From the NCBI GenBank assembly GCA_008632985.1, contig QPGO01000122.1, positions 186,001 to 249,225 of the forward strand: DNA of 63,225 nt, given 5' to 3'. This stretch comes from Psammoneis japonica. Taxonomy: Eukaryota. The position numbers were made by a program, and so were the translations under genes. Under the pieces are notes generated by a model that did no database searches, was not told the DNA's origin, and saw only the letters and a program-made list of their open reading frames with translations. Positions 1 through 13,111 of the stretch are shown here, in pieces (position 1 is the stretch's first letter; every line of letters starts with the position of its first letter).

Positions 1-2486
1 GGGGCGTCCGTGGAACGCTTCTTGACCAGCATTCCCTTGAAAACCCCCTTTGATGGAATAAAGAGTCGAACCTGAATGGCGATGACGCGTTGTGCCGCGG
101 CTTTATTCGTCATGCCAGCTGTCTCGAGAACCGAAAGTAATTTGTCTTCCTGGATGAACCCACCTCCAACGTAACCCCTGTCTGGGATCTCTTTAATCTC
201 GGACTCGTCGAGGAAGACAATGTCCAGTTCAGACGGTGACTGAAGTAGCTCCAGTCGTGAGACGCATTTCCTAGGATTCAGTCTAGAGAAATCACCAATC
301 CGTTCAAGATATTCCTTCACAGAAAAATCGTCGTCGTCATCGCTCTTGGTTCTAGCGTACACCAACTTGGCTTCTTTGGCCTTGGAAAACGAATGCCCTG
401 ATGCATTATCCTCATCAATCTTGGATGAGACAATCTCGTAAGTTTCATTTGATTCTCTTAGAGTCCTCAAAAGTGGTTTTTGATTCTTCTTGCCGTTCAT
501 TTTTACCCGGACAGACCTCTTTCTATCGCTCAGAATATGATCAAACATGGATATTTCAGTCTTCGTCACGTCGTCCGGGTCTTGGAGGACAATTTCCACT
601 ACCCTTTGGCCGCCAAAAGAAGTAGCTTCCTTAGAATCACTTGGAGCTCGAAAAGCTGCACCTTTCTTTGAATTTTTTTCTTTTAGAATTGATGATTTCG
701 CCTTTCGCGCTGTGCTCCGTCTCGCTCTCGGTGATGCAATGGACCTTGCCACAGATCGTGTAGCTCTACCAATGTTGCGAATCACCTTCCTTCTTCCCGG
801 CGATCTGTTTGAATTCTTTGGAGCTACATTCCTTGCCCGAGGTGATGGGTTGGAGGTCTTAGGAGAAGAAGTTGTTTCTACCACCGTGTTTTCCGCAGTG
901 ACCGCCCCACCCAATAGAAATTCAAGGCTGTCGAGTCTCACCCCAAACTTTTTGCCGTCATCGCACTGGATCATCACTGTGTTTTTCGTTTTCCATTCCA
1001 AAACAACTCCTTTGGCACCTCTTTTTTTTCGATCCGTCAACGAATCTTTGACTTTGACTCTTTTGCCTATGATGGATTCGCACTTTGCGGTTACTTCGCT
1101 GGGAAACTTGTATAAGGGGGGCGTGCCATCGCTGATGATACTGTCCGAGACAGTAATCGGGATTTCCGCGGTATCATGGGCGCTATGGACATCCCTGTTC
1201 ACCTCGGTAGATGCTTCAACATGGGTGGAATATTGAATGGGCTGGACGGATGATGGTCCAGGGTTTGCTGTACTAGTAGGGGATTGTCCGGTACTCTCGG
1301 CCGGTTCTCCGAGTGTAGTCTCACTTCCAGCGTCTCGCTCAACATGAATGCTGTTCACTAGATACAAATTTTGGTTTCGTCGTTCCTCCGTTTCCACAAC
1401 CAGAGACTCTTCGGAATTGGCGGAAACGCTACTGTGCTTGCCTGGTGCTTTCCCAAGGTCTGGCAAGTCAGGCGGCTGTTCAGCACGCTCACCTGCAGGT
1501 GCAGTCTGTGCGACAGGCCCTGGCTGCTTGGTGGCACTGGTTATGACCGAATTACCCGTATCTACAAACTCGATGTTCGCAAGTCGGACTCCAAACTCTT
1601 TACTGTTCTCACATTGGAGCTCAACGGTACTCTTGGTCTTCCAGTGTAGAACAGTACCTATCTGATTTCTTTTCTTGGCATCTTTCAAAGATGACTTCAC
1701 CTTCACGCGCTTTCCCAGCAGCCAATCGGACTTGGCAGGGACCTCAGAAGGAGAAGCGTAAGGAAAGGCCTTCAGAATAGCCGTTCCATTCTCTGCGTTG
1801 GGTTCATTCGTATGGGTAGCGCTGATAGTGCTGTATGGAGAACCCGGCTCGACCTGTTGACGTTCTTCCGTTGCGTCCTCGCGAAAAGGATGAAGGAGAG
1901 GGCGTTGTTCTGGATGTTCCAACACGATTTTCTCAAGTGGTTTTCGTGTTTCCTGAGATTCGACAGAGCGTTTCAAGGCATCGTCGTTCTCCTTATTACT
2001 CTCTTCAATATTTTCAACCGTATCATGACTTTCGGCAACTTCTAGATTTTCCTCAACATCCTTCATGCGTTGTGGTTTTGGCACAGTTTCTTCAGAGACA
2101 TCATGGTAGACAGTGAGGCCTTCACTTTGGAAAGTGAAGTCTTCTGTCATAGTGGATGCTGGACTCGATCCTGGATAGTAACGCTCGAGGGCCTCCGTCT
2201 CGGTCGGAGCTGTCACTTGCTGTTTCGGAGGGCACTCGTCCAGTTCGGCTGCCTCGCACGTCCAAACAATGTTACGATCCTCGCTTGTTTCGTTCACTAT
2301 CTCGGATGCTGATTCACATTGGATAGTTTCTTTGGGAGAGGAGCTTTCCGCAAACAACCTGCCACCCGGAAAGTCCAATAGACTGACGGGAGAGGTCGTG
2401 TCGATGGCCTGAGACTTGGCAGGGTTTCCTCTCGACGATCTCCTGGTTTGGATGGACAATCGGAAACGCTTGAACAGAGATGGCAT
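1..2486 (-). CDS. Eukaryotic (RNAi-type) RNA-dependent RNA polymerase-like protein, 5' part; runs off the left edge
   Basis: Partly hand-translated minus-strand frame from ATG at 2486 (MPSLFKRFRL...), still in frame at base 3; not every codon was checked. The distal part reads IGDFSRLNPRKCVSRLELLQS ... GYVGGGFI ... AIQVRLFIPSKGVFKGMLVK, matching cellular RdRP motifs (GDFS..K..RL..S; DG.G.I; Q.R...KGML). The catalytic DxDGD would lie outside the window. Long N-terminal region with two KOW/SH3-like repeats. Normal TA content. Confidence 0.65.
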   Translation of the reverse strand, partial: MPSLFKRFRLSIQTRRSSRGNPAKSQAIDTTSPVSLLDFPGGRLFAESSSPKETIQCESASEIVNETSEDRNIVWTCEAAELDECPPKQQVTAPTETEALERYYPGSSPASTMTEDFTFQSEGLTVYHDVSEETVPKPQRMKDVEENLEVAESHDTVENIEESNKENDDALKRSVESQETRKPLEKIVLEHPEQRPLLHPFREDATEERQQVEPGSPYSTISATHTNEPNAENGTAILKAFPYASPSEVPAKSDWLLGKRVKVKSSLKDAKKRNQIGTVLHWKTKSTVELQCENSKEFGVRLANIEFVDTGNSVITSATKQPGPVAQTAPAGERAEQPPDLPDLGKAPGKHSSVSANSEESLVVETEERRNQNLYLVNSIHVERDAGSETTLGEPAESTGQSPTSTANPGPSSVQPIQYSTHVEASTEVNRDVHSAHDTAEIPITVSDSIISDGTPPLYKFPSEVTAKCESIIGKRVKVKDSLTDRKKRGAKGVVLEWKTKNTVMIQCDDGKKFGVRLDSLEFLLGGAVTAENTVVETTSSPKTSNPSPRARNVAPKNSNRSPGRRKVIRNIGRATRSVARSIASPRARRSTARKAKSSILKEKNSKKGAAFRAPSDSKEATSFGGQRVVEIVLQDPDDVTKTEISMFDHILSDRKRSVRVKMNGKKNQKPLLRTLRESNETYEIVSSKIDEDNASGHSFSKAKEAKLVYARTKSDDDDDFSVKEYLERIGDFSRLNPRKCVSRLELLQSPSELDIVFLDESEIKEIPDRGYVGGGFIQEDKLLSVLETAGMTNKAAAQRVIAIQVRLFIPSKGVFKGMLVKKRSTDA

Positions 2487-3861
2487 GGTGGCAAGAAATA
2501 CTAAGATTCATTCAACAAGCAAGCCCTGGTCACGGTCAACACAAAAGGATGAGGCAATGACACCCGCCCTCCGCCCTCGGCATGTTGTGAGTTGTGAGCG
2601 ATGGGTTTCGTGATTCGTTTTCTTTTTAATTTGTGAGGCACGCGGGCATGTGCTCCGAGCGAGCAACGCATACCCTACGCGACGTAAATCCACCAGCACC
2701 CGAAAAGGTAATGCTGTAACCAGAAATAAAGGTGTAGATGTCGCTTGCCTTGTACATACGAACTTCCTGAGAGGATGCTGTGATAAAAACACAACGGATT
2801 AAACGGATTTTTCGCTCAGTCGTGCTGGCGCAATTTTGTGCTTTTTCACAACTTTCCTCGCACCACCATGTCGGCAGCGATTCCAAGAGCCGCATCGATG
2901 TTGTTGTCTTCGCCATTGTGACAGATTCACCATGGCAGGTGATGTCCTCCATTGTCCAATTGCACCATTGATTTCATTCATGTGCTTGCTGTCACCTCTG
3001 CTTTTTCTGCTGCAGCAATTTTGCCACAGTTGCGACAAGGCTGCTGTGGCGTGTTGTTGCGGCTGGTGCTTGAGACATTGTGGCTTTGAGCCTTGCTTTG
3101 AATTGTGGATGGGGAGGGGGGGGGTGGGGGGTTAAAAGAGATGCAGGCAAGCTTTTGATTCAGTGTCAAAGAAAGCCATGTTGTTGTCTCTTGCACCAGC
3201 ATTTGTTGCTCGTCCTCGTCTGCCCTCTCAGCACGTTTCGTGTGACACCAGCTTGGCACTCTGCTGCACACCTTTTCTGTCTTTGCACTCTTCTGTTGCA
3301 TCAGAGCCAATTGAGAGTGCCATTGTTGGCATGGCAGCATTGCAGCATTGCTTTTCACTCAGACACAGGTGTCGGGAGCACTGCGGCTGCAGGATCACAT
3401 CAGAGCGCGAAACACAGTGATCCTGACCACCCTTCTTGTGGGTAATTTTTAACACCATTGCATGTGTAAATATAAAGGCATCCTTTTGAGAGAGTTGTGT
3501 AGAACGTGATTTTTTATTGTGTGTCACAGTGTGCCATTTTTCACCATGGGACCCCTCCTTTGCCTGTGGGACCCCTCCCTCAACTGTCAGAATTCCGTCA
3601 CTTTTTACCTTTTGAAAGTGATGTTCACAACGTTTTGGTTAACAACAAATTGATGCTAATCACTGCGTTGCATTGGTTTAAGAACCTTCCATTGCATGCG
3701 CTGGTTCCATTGTGTGCACTGGTTGGCAAACGAAAGGTCAGATCACAAACCAATGGTTCCCAAAACACTTCATTAAACCTTGTAACTGTTGGCACTGAAA
3801 CCCACTACATTGCTCATCCTCTTTCCATTGTCACACATTAACAAAAGCCTCCGCTACCTTT

Positions 3862-5086
3862 TCATGCCACAGCTCGCTCATCCTCTGCATCTGCACTTGC
3901 ATCGCCACCCGCATCACTTTCCTCCTCCTCTTCCTCGCTGTCCTCGTCTCCTCTGTTCTCATCTGTTGCCTCTTCCTCCTTCTCCTTGTTGTCACTTGAA
4001 AGCTCTGTCATTGCCTGTGTTCTTGCCTCCTCCACCGGCTTTTTCTTTCTTTTTGATCCCTTGCCTCTTTCGTCACTCTTCCTTTTCTTGCCTTCACTGT
4101 GCCATGTGTCGAACTGCATGCCCTCCTCACTGAACCTGTCTTTCTTTACTTCCGCCATCAGTTCGTTGAATCGCTTGATCCCTGCATCCTTCCAGGAGTC
4201 TCGTTGCCTTGACGGGTCCGTGTGCTTGGGTGTTGGTTCCAACTCTTCCTCATCTTCTTTGTTCAAACCTCCCCCTGCTGCAACAGTCTTGTCATGACGT
4301 GCCTTGTGCTCCCAACTCTTCCAGCAGTTTTCCAACATCAACAGCGCTAGAGCCTCGTCGCTCGCTGCAGCCAGACCGGTTGCCTTTGTCTCACCCGACT
4401 CTGCCTTCCTTCTCCATGTGGTGGTGCTCTTTGTGAATTTCAGGATGTTTTGTAGAACCAAGCATGTGCTTCCTTGTTCTTGCGCTTGTCCTCCACAATC
4501 GTTGTCACTGTCTCCTCCCCCCAAGTCGCCAGGAACAGCTCTTCCTCTTCCGTGTGATCGTTCTTCTTCCTCTTCTTGCTCTTCTTCCTACCTCCACCCT
4601 TTGCTGCCAGCTCCTTCTGACTGCGCATCTCCTCTGCTTCATTTCTGTCAACATGACTTCAGCAAATGAAGGTGCAGCTGTGTCAAGCACAACTGCACTC
4701 AACATGCCGTGCACCACAAAACACTTGCCAGCCGTTGCATTGTTCTTGATCACCTGAGTGACCGTGCTCCTTTTTGCACCAATTGCGTGCATGACGCACT
4801 TCTTTGCCCAGTCTTCCCACGCTCCTGCCCAGTCTCGCTTGCTGCAATTGCCTCCGGCTGTCTTTTTCCTGATGAGCCGTGACACTTTGCCACTGCTTGC
4901 CATGTCCGCCTTGACAAGGAATTTTGCCTTTGGGAAAAGTTCCTTCCGTGCCACCTCTTCTACCTCTCTCTTTGTAGACTGGTGATCCCCAGTGGCTCCC
5001 ACCCGCACCAACGCTGCGGCCAGCCTTGGGCTTGTTGGTTGATCTCCAGCCACCCCCGCAGTTTCTTTCTTCTTCTTCCTCGCCAT
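3862..5086 (-). pseudogene. Transposon accessory gene (SDEA-LL-LEN / W...GI.RFNEL motif protein), arm A copy
   Basis: ORFs 4505-5086, 4440-4628 and 3862-4524 join via an intron and/or frameshift: RKELFPKAKFL ... ASDEALALLMLENCWKSW ... SWKDAGIKRFNELMAEVKKDR, followed by an acidic tail. Nearly Tyr-free. Confidence 0.6.
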
Positions 5087-5576
5087 TGTTGCTAATTGTG
5101 GGTGGCTCCATGCCTTGTGTCCCTGGTCATTTTCGTCATTGGGAAATTTTCAAACCTCTCTTTAATGCCAAAAATCTCACAGTTGCCAACAATGATTCCT
5201 TTTTCTCAAATGCAACATGATGGAGAATCAACCAAATTTTTAAATGCACATGCAATTTGTTCATTTTACCACTCCTTGTCATCTCACGAAAATTTTGAAT
5301 CATTGCGAATTCTAGTTCAAACCTCTCTTTTGCTGCAATTTCGAAATCCACTTCCACAGTGTAAATTGCTTGCAAAAGCATTTTGTTCAAAACATCATTG
5401 TGAAACGTGTGCCTGTAAAAGTTGTTTTTACTGCAATGAACACACCCCTCACCTGCTTTGACGTTGTTCCGGTTTGCTGTTGGGGCCTGAGCACATCCAT
5501 CCTTTTTGGCGCCAAATCATTTTCTCTGGTCCAATTCGTCATCACCCTCTAACTTCGTAACTCGTAACCTGATGCA

Positions 5577-6701
5577 TCACCCGCTGTCGGAACAGTCAGT
5601 CATGTGGGTGAAAGCCCTCGTCTCTGCTCCGACCATTCTCACGAATTCGTCAACTTCAACGCGACGACGTCTCTCCACCCAATGCTTTTCCTTTCTCCTG
5701 CTTTGAAATTTCTCCCGCTCACCATCCTCCTTCCGGATGATGTCCAGCATCCATTCATTGACTGTCCCTGGAGACAACCTGAAGAACTCCATTTGCTCAC
5801 AGAACCAAAGTCTTTCATGGTTGTCTCGCATGATGTCACGCTGGAACCACTTCGCCAGTTTTAATGCATCGCAAACAATTCCCTTCTTGTCCATTGCAAG
5901 TCCGCATGTGCCTCCCCTTGCCGATGTTTCTCCCAACGGTCCGCAAGTGCCTGTCTCGTCCATGCCACAGGTCGGCATGCTGACGCTCGAATTCCGTCTC
6001 AATCTCAAAACGTCTCCCCTGTCAATGACCAGTTTTGCATCATCACACGCACCCGCTGCAAATTCATCCCTCAGCTCTTTCTCTCCTTCATTGTGCAGAG
6101 TGCTGTGGACACAGCAGATCCTTCCTTGCCTGTCTTGGTGAGTCGCAACGCAGCCCCAATGCTCCTGGCAATGGCGAGCATTGATCCCACGGTTGACGAC
6201 GCCATTCAACCAGTTCAGGTTGTTGTGAATTGAGATCATGCCTGTGCTTGCGTGCATGCACTCGATTGCTTCTGTGCTCCAATCACTCACATGTTTGTGC
6301 ACCCAAACCATGTGGTTGCACCTCTGCTTCCACAGTTCCCGCCACTTTTCTTGGATGTTCTCCTCATCAATCATGCGAAACAGGTCCATGGCGTCGCAGC
6401 GCAGGTGCGGGTTAACTGCATGTGTGCCGCTCTCAAATTCAAACAAAGCTGTGCCCGTGTCATCAGAATGCACCATCCTGCCTTGTGGCAAACTTTGCAT
6501 CAAACGATCCAATTCATCAAAAGCCGCCTCGCACTCCAATTCCATGATTTGTCGCCTTCCATCTGCCGTCATGATTGTCAAACTTTCCAATCTCCTCCAG
6601 CAGTCATTTGGCCAATGTGCCGTCAAGCGGTCATTTTGTGCAACAGCATTCATTGTTGATTGCAACGTTTGTGTCTGTTCCTGCAGTGGGTGTGGGTGCA
6701 C
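5577..6701 (-). pseudogene. Uncharacterised ~360-aa transposon-borne ORF, arm A copy
   Basis: 374-aa ORF (likely start MNAVAQND) with a frameshifted mirror copy at 20353-21458. No Tyr, excess His/Cys. Confidence 0.5.
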
Positions 6702-7016
6702 CCCTCCTGGACTTCTTGCTGCAAAGCATCACGGCTCATCACGTCACAACTCATTTTCTCCCTTCCGCAGAAAAACAACCTTTGCAATCAGTTGTTCATG
6801 CTCAAAGTTGTCAATGATCCCAATGCATTCGATTCATTCTCACCTGCCAATGTTTTCATTGATTGGAAGAACACAATGCACCCATGTTTTTGCACCAATT
6901 TGTGTCGTGTTTTCCTTCCTTGCTGCCTGAACTGTCTCACTTTTCACGAACTGAACCGGTGCTGCCATTTGAACACACATGTGTTTGGGTGGCCCACAAA
7001 CCTGCTGCAGCACCAA

Positions 7017-10000
7017 ATGGAAGGAAACGGTGGTTGGCAGGTTGGGGATTGTGTGGTGGCATGTCCCCGTTGCAAACGATCTTTCAAACGGATGCTCACC
7101 CATTTCCATCACCACCCGCAGTGTTTTTCATTTGCTCAAGAGATGTCCAACTTGTCGCATCGTGAGGCAGTCACAAACTGCCCAATGCCAGAGTTGTCAG
7201 TGAGGGTTGCGGCTAAAACTTCCAACGTCAGCAACAAATTCTCTCGCAGACGTGGGTCGGTTGATCTCGACATTTCCTCCTCATCAGATGACTCGTCACA
7301 GCCACGGCTGAGGCAGTCCAGACAAGGTGCGTCCGCAGCAAACATCAGGCTTGGGTCCACCAACAACGAAAATGACAGAAGCGATGAACCATGGTCACCA
7401 CCGTTTGATGATGACATTTCCGCTCTTGGGTCGCGATCCCATCGCAAGGAAATTCATGACATGTCCCTGGACTTGTCTTCCGAAGCCAGCTTGTCACCAG
7501 ATGACTTGTTTGATGCACTGCCAGATGTCACAATGGAGAGCTCCAAAGTTGCAAATCCTGACGAATCAAACAGCTCGGACAAAGATGATTCGCGGAGTGA
7601 AGACAGCTGATTGGGCAAGGTGCACCGCAGCCCAGCCGAAGACACGTTTGCGCGCATGCCATCTCTTGGCAACCTCAACGGTGCTTGTGCAGAGCTGTGT
7701 GAGCTCTTAGACGACTGCAGAGCACCGCTTCACCTGTGCGACAAGATCGCCAAGCTCATCGAAAGACACTGTGGCAGCACCTTCCATCTTGGAATGCAAA
7801 TCCCTCGCCGGACCAAACTGATGGAGAACCTGCACAAATCTTTTGCAGGTCCGGAATGCGAGATGATTCCAGTCAACCTAGAAAGTGTCAATGGGGAACG
7901 CGGTGAGACAACAGCAAGAGTTCCGCGATGGAATTTCAAAGATGTGTGGGAATCGTTCATGCTGGATGCTTGCACATGGGCCAACCCCAGCAATCTCGCC
8001 GACACTGCCGATCCATGTGGAATGCATGTCTCAAAGGGAAAGCACGACAAGTGTGTTTTGGCAGGAGAGTGGTGCAGAAGTGCGCATGCAGCCAGGGTCT
8101 TGGATCCTCTTAAAGAGTTCCTCGAATGTTTGATGATTTACGTTGACAAGACTGGGAAGACAGCCTCCATGTCGTCTTCCTGCGGAGAACCCGTCATGGT
8201 TACGTCGGCTCATGTTGCCTGCAACCAATGGCATGACAGAGTGAAGTGGCGTGTCCTTGGCCACATTCCCGACCTAGAAAAAATGTCCTCCTCCGCCGCC
8301 AAACAGCAATCTAATGCTCGAAAGTCGGAGAAGGGCCAAAGCATCCGGGATTGTCACAAGGTGTTGGCAACAATGCTCCAGCCTCTGCCAGACACAATGG
8401 AAAATGGTGGCTTTCGCTGCTGCGTTCGACGAGGTGATGAGACACGTTTCCTTCATGTCATTCCAACAATGATCCTAATCAACGGAGATGCGAAGAGTGG
8501 TGACTGCCTTGTGGGTGGGCATGACGCCAAGAACTGTCACCAACGTTGTTCCAGGTTTTGCGTGGCCGGATGCAATGAGCTTGATGACCCTTGGAAGGAG
8601 TGCGAACTGGTCAGGGCTGGTGACATTTTTCAGTCCAGAACCACGCAAATGATCTCAGTCTTGACAAGCAAGAAAGGAACCACTGGCTGCAGCAGCTTCA
8701 TTGCATGAAGCAGCACAATGTGCCCACCAACAGCTTGCTCAATGCAGATTTCGGAGAACAGCCATTCGGAGCAACCCTTTCCACGGCAAGCGACATGATG
8801 CACCTGTTTGAAAACGGAACTTTAAAAAGGGAGGTTGGTGTTTTTGTCGACAGCATGACAAACTCAGTGAGAAGTGAGGTCAACAGATTGGTGGAAAAAA
8901 TGTTTGGCAATCACCGATCCACTTGCAATTCTTTCTTGTGAACCAATTTCAAGGGCGGGGCCACATCACTCACCTGCCTCAACTCACATCATTGGGCGGG
9001 GATGGCCTTTGTTTTTTGTTTGTTGCTGCTGACAAAGGAAGGCAGAGATGTCTGCGAATCTTGCTTTCTCCAGGAAGACCAAGACAATCCCCCATTGCCG
9101 TCAGGGTGTGGGACACCTGGGTTCCGAACAAATCGCTGTCACACACCGGAAGAGTGCAACAATGGCAACGATCATCACTCCAATGACAGAACAGATGATC
9201 CGCACGAAACGGATGCAGACGACAATGTGGAACACCAACCGGACGAGTCCGAGGATGAAGGCAACAGCCACAATCAACGGAAAAGGAAAAAAAGAGAAAG
9301 CCCCTTAGTTGCAGTGTTGGGCAATGCATCCAGTTGCTGGAAGACCTGCTCACCTTCCATGCTTGGTGTCAACTCGGCAACCCACCGACCGACACAACTG
9401 ACCTGACCAAAATCTCAAAGAAAATTTGGTTGCTGGTGTCTCGTGTCGTACATTGCTCCCCCAGACACGAAGGGGCTGGGTGGAAGCTGCAGAAACTTCA
9501 CGAGCTTCTTCACCTTCCAATCTTTCTACATTGTTTGTGTCATGCCACGAACTTTGACTCTGGTCTTGGAGAATCTTTGCTTGAGGATTTTTTCAAATTG
9601 CCATCTGCCACGGCACAACAGTGCAGCTTTGACATCTTCCTGGGTCAGGTTGCGTCGCGCATGCAAGACCAAATGACGGTGCACCGTGCATTGTCGGCCA
9701 ACCCATGGATCACATCGAGAGTTGGACGAAAGGATGTTGCACATGGCAATGACAGTCACACACTGGGTGGCAGCACCTTGCCATCACCTGCAGTGCGACA
9801 AACAATGCAGTGAGCTTTCTCTGGCATGGAAAGCAAAAACAATGTCAGGTTCACCCGGTCCTGCTCCATTTCTTTCAAAAGAAGTGGAGGGAATGCGTTG
9901 GAGCAGGAGGTGACCTCACCGTCAACCTTGTTTGCAAAACCGAATTCCGCCACAAGAACAGGAAAGACACTTGCCGTGCACACCCAGACTGCAACAGCGA

Positions 10001-10412
10001 AGGACCGGTTCACGACTGGGCGAATGTCAACTTTGGCACAACTGGGGGGGAATTGTGCTTCCCGTCAAGACTTCACTGTTTCTTCCAAAGGGAAAGCAAC
10101 GGTGACTTGTGTGAGGTCGTTCACCCTTGCATGCACCAGCCTGACAAGCGCACCATGGTTGAACGAATGCAACACACCGACCTGGTCAGTCGCTGGCAAT
10201 TGGACCAAGTGAAGAACAACAACTTGTCCTCTGCTGAACAAACAGTGCACTCACCCAAGCTTTTCTTGGTGCCCATCGACGCTGTTGGCGACAAATTGTT
10301 GGTGCATGAGGAGCAACCTGGCATTGCTGAGACACACGACAGGACAAAGCATGTTTGGGTGGTTCAAGACCGCAGAAATGCATGGGGAGAGCTGTTTCAC
10401 AAAAGCAGGTGA
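7017..10412 (+). pseudogene. Plavaka-type (CACTA/EnSpm-related) transposase, disrupted, arm A copy
   Basis: N-terminal CxxC..H zinc-finger-like CPRCKRSFKRMLTHF, then motifs IYVDKTG..GEP, WRVLG[Y>H]IPDL, NGDAKSGD, SDMMHLFENG and KLQKLHELLHL..NFDSGLGE, split by stops and frameshifts across ORFs 6660-7610, 7611-8708, 8705-8941, 9334-9813 and 9810-10412. Confidence 0.72.
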
Positions 10413-10448
10413 AAAGCATGTGAGCATCCGACAACAGCAGCAGAAAAC

Positions 10449-13111
10449 TTAATCGGGACGACAAGGACAACAGAGACAACGTTCACTCACCTGCTTTGAC
10501 AATCCACTCACAAATCCGACTGGGAACCAGCACAGCAAACAACTCCTGGGCCATTTCCTCAACTCATCCCTCCAATCGGGAATTCTCCTCTCGAAGGACA
10601 GGAACGGGAACAGTTCCTTCTGGTTGTAATTTCCACACTCTCGCAGGAACTCCAGGACTGAATTGGCTTCTTCATGTGGTGGCGTTTCCCAAATTTCCTG
10701 TTCCGTGACTCCCAAATGTGATGCTTCCTGGTCAGATGGTTTTCCCAGCCAATCCACACGGCACTCCTCCACAATCTCCTGGGAAGCCTGGCAGAGCGTC
10801 ACCATTTCACATGCCATGTCCTGTGTCATGGCCTGCACCAGTGCGCACTCCAAAATGTCATCCAAATTGCACGCGGTTTGGGTCAGTGACCAAATGGTGC
10901 ACGGGATTATGACGCGGCACCTCTGGAGCTTTGGATGAAACAACGTTTCCATCACATCCCTTGGGTTTTCACCAAAGAAGCAATTTCCGAGTGTCGACTG
11001 CAGCCACTCCCCTTTTTGCATCCAGTGGTGGTCCATGCAGATCTGAACAAAGCCACTTTTCTTAAAATCAATCACTGTTCCAAACCGCGTCTTGACCCTT
11101 TGGGCAAAATTCTTGGCAGACATGTTGCAATTCAAGTGACAAGCGGGGCTGCCATCCTGTGGGGACACAGTGCATGCACAAACATTTGAGTTCGTGTGGA
11201 GATCCTGAACAACTTGACACCTTGCCTCATCTCTTCTTTGCTGAGTGGATCGGACAGCCTCCACGCCACGGTCCGAACATGTCTCATCCAATGTCAGGTT
11301 TCCGGCCATGACGGGCCTTGTCATGCAAAGCCACAGGACATTTGCACCTCCGTCTTGTCTGGGGATGACATGACAATGTGAAACAAAAGCACAGGAGGAG
11401 CCATGTTGCGGGTTAAGATTTGTGAAAAACATGACACCAAACAATTGCAGGAGTTCTTCGGCTGTTGACAGACTTGCGCAAAAATGGCATTCACATGTTT
11501 GTCCATGTCAAAATCTTGCACTTGTGAAAGGACCGGTGGCTCAGGTCGATCGTACGCGGTTGCATTGCTTGCATCATCTTCATCGGATTCTTGATCCTGC
11601 GACTGAAGGACAACAGAATCTGCTGTGACAATTGGAACGCGGCAGTCAGAATCAGGACACAAGCAGTCCTCCGACAACACAGACTCCTCCAAATCCAATG
11701 AACTTGGTTCTTTCTCCGCGTCAAGTCGACAATCCTCTGAAGACAATGAGCTAAGTTCATTGTTTGCGGCGAGTCTAGACTCCTCCGATGACAATGAGCT
11801 AAGTTCATTGTCCGCGGGCAGTCCATCAACAATGGAGAAAACACTGGCACCGTCGGATTGCACGGCTGATTCACACACAAATGTGCGCGATTCAGCATTG
11901 TCTTGTGATTGGCAAAGGTTGGGGTCGTCGTCAACACACTCCAAAATTTCACACTCGGTTGACCCATGTGGCTTGCGGAGACGCTGGCCAGAGGGAGAGA
12001 AGGCAAACAGGTCTTGTCCTGAACAGGGTCCTTGGAAAACACAGTGAAAAATGCAGGTGCAGCGATTGTCTGAATTCTCACAAAGTTTGTGCTCGGTTCC
12101 GTTCCAACCATGCTCTTTGGTTCCTGTTTCGGATGACATCCTTTGGTGCATGAGCGGCCTTTCTTCTGGTTGGACATGCCCCAGTTGTGCGGCAGCTCCC
12201 GAATTGAAGACAGGACAGATGATGTCGTTGAGTCTTGTGTGGTCTTTCACTGCGACACCTGCCAGCACCAGACATTGCAGCACCAACATGAGACAAATCT
12301 CACTGAAATCTGCTCCCCGGTCTGCCCAAGCATCACACGCTGCCTTGCACCGTTGTTCCATTAAGTTGGGACAGAACTCGTTGGTGTTGACATTGTTGTT
12401 TGTCCAGAGAAGCACAGCACAGATTTCTTCCACCATTGCGTCAACCAGGTCATTCGCGGTTCCGACGCAACAAGGGTCTAGAAATGCATCGCAAAATTTC
12501 TCGTGCGTCAAATTGGTGGGGCTGATCCCATCCACCTGTGGGTCACCGCATGGCACCCCAAATGTGTTCTGCAAGTGATCGGCAAAGTTGACAAGTGGGT
12601 CAGCACCTTCGCAACAAAGGTTGGGAAGATGCTTGTCCCCCACGCAGTAAAATCGGTGACATCCGGTGGGACAACCAGCATGGATCACCAAACGAATGAC
12701 TCGTTTTGGGTTGGGACCCGATCGGTGCACAATGTTCTTGAAACGGTGGATCACTGTGACTGGGGCAGACAAGTGGAAGTCCCTGACTGGGAAAGTCGTG
12801 AATTTGAGTCGATCCATGCACACCTCGACATGTGAAGAGTCGCCACCTCCACCAACAAGAACATTGTCCCACGGCCTGTTGTCGTCAAGGGAAAGATGCT
12901 TGAATGTGATGCTGGAAAGCGACACATCGGGGTGGGTGGGACCATCATGCTGCAAGTCCAAGTCTTTAAGTGCAAAATCAAGCTGAGCTCGATTGTGGTG
13001 CATGCGAGCAAGCATGGGCTTCATGTCGCACTGGTCGTCGCAGCATTCACCAATGGTCCTTCTGCTGTTGGCAACAACCTTGAAGGACCAGATGTCACCA
13101 AAGGCATCCAT
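10449..13111 (-). pseudogene. Large uncharacterised transposon-borne gene, 5'-truncated arm A copy
   Basis: ORFs 11321-13111 and 10449-11444 mirror 13894-16604. The 5' end is missing because the arm stops at 13134. Confidence 0.5.

Noticed and set aside
547..1236. 229-aa plus-strand ORF and other plus-strand ORFs in 400-2600
   Set aside because: They are the antisense shadow of the minus-strand RdRP-like CDS.
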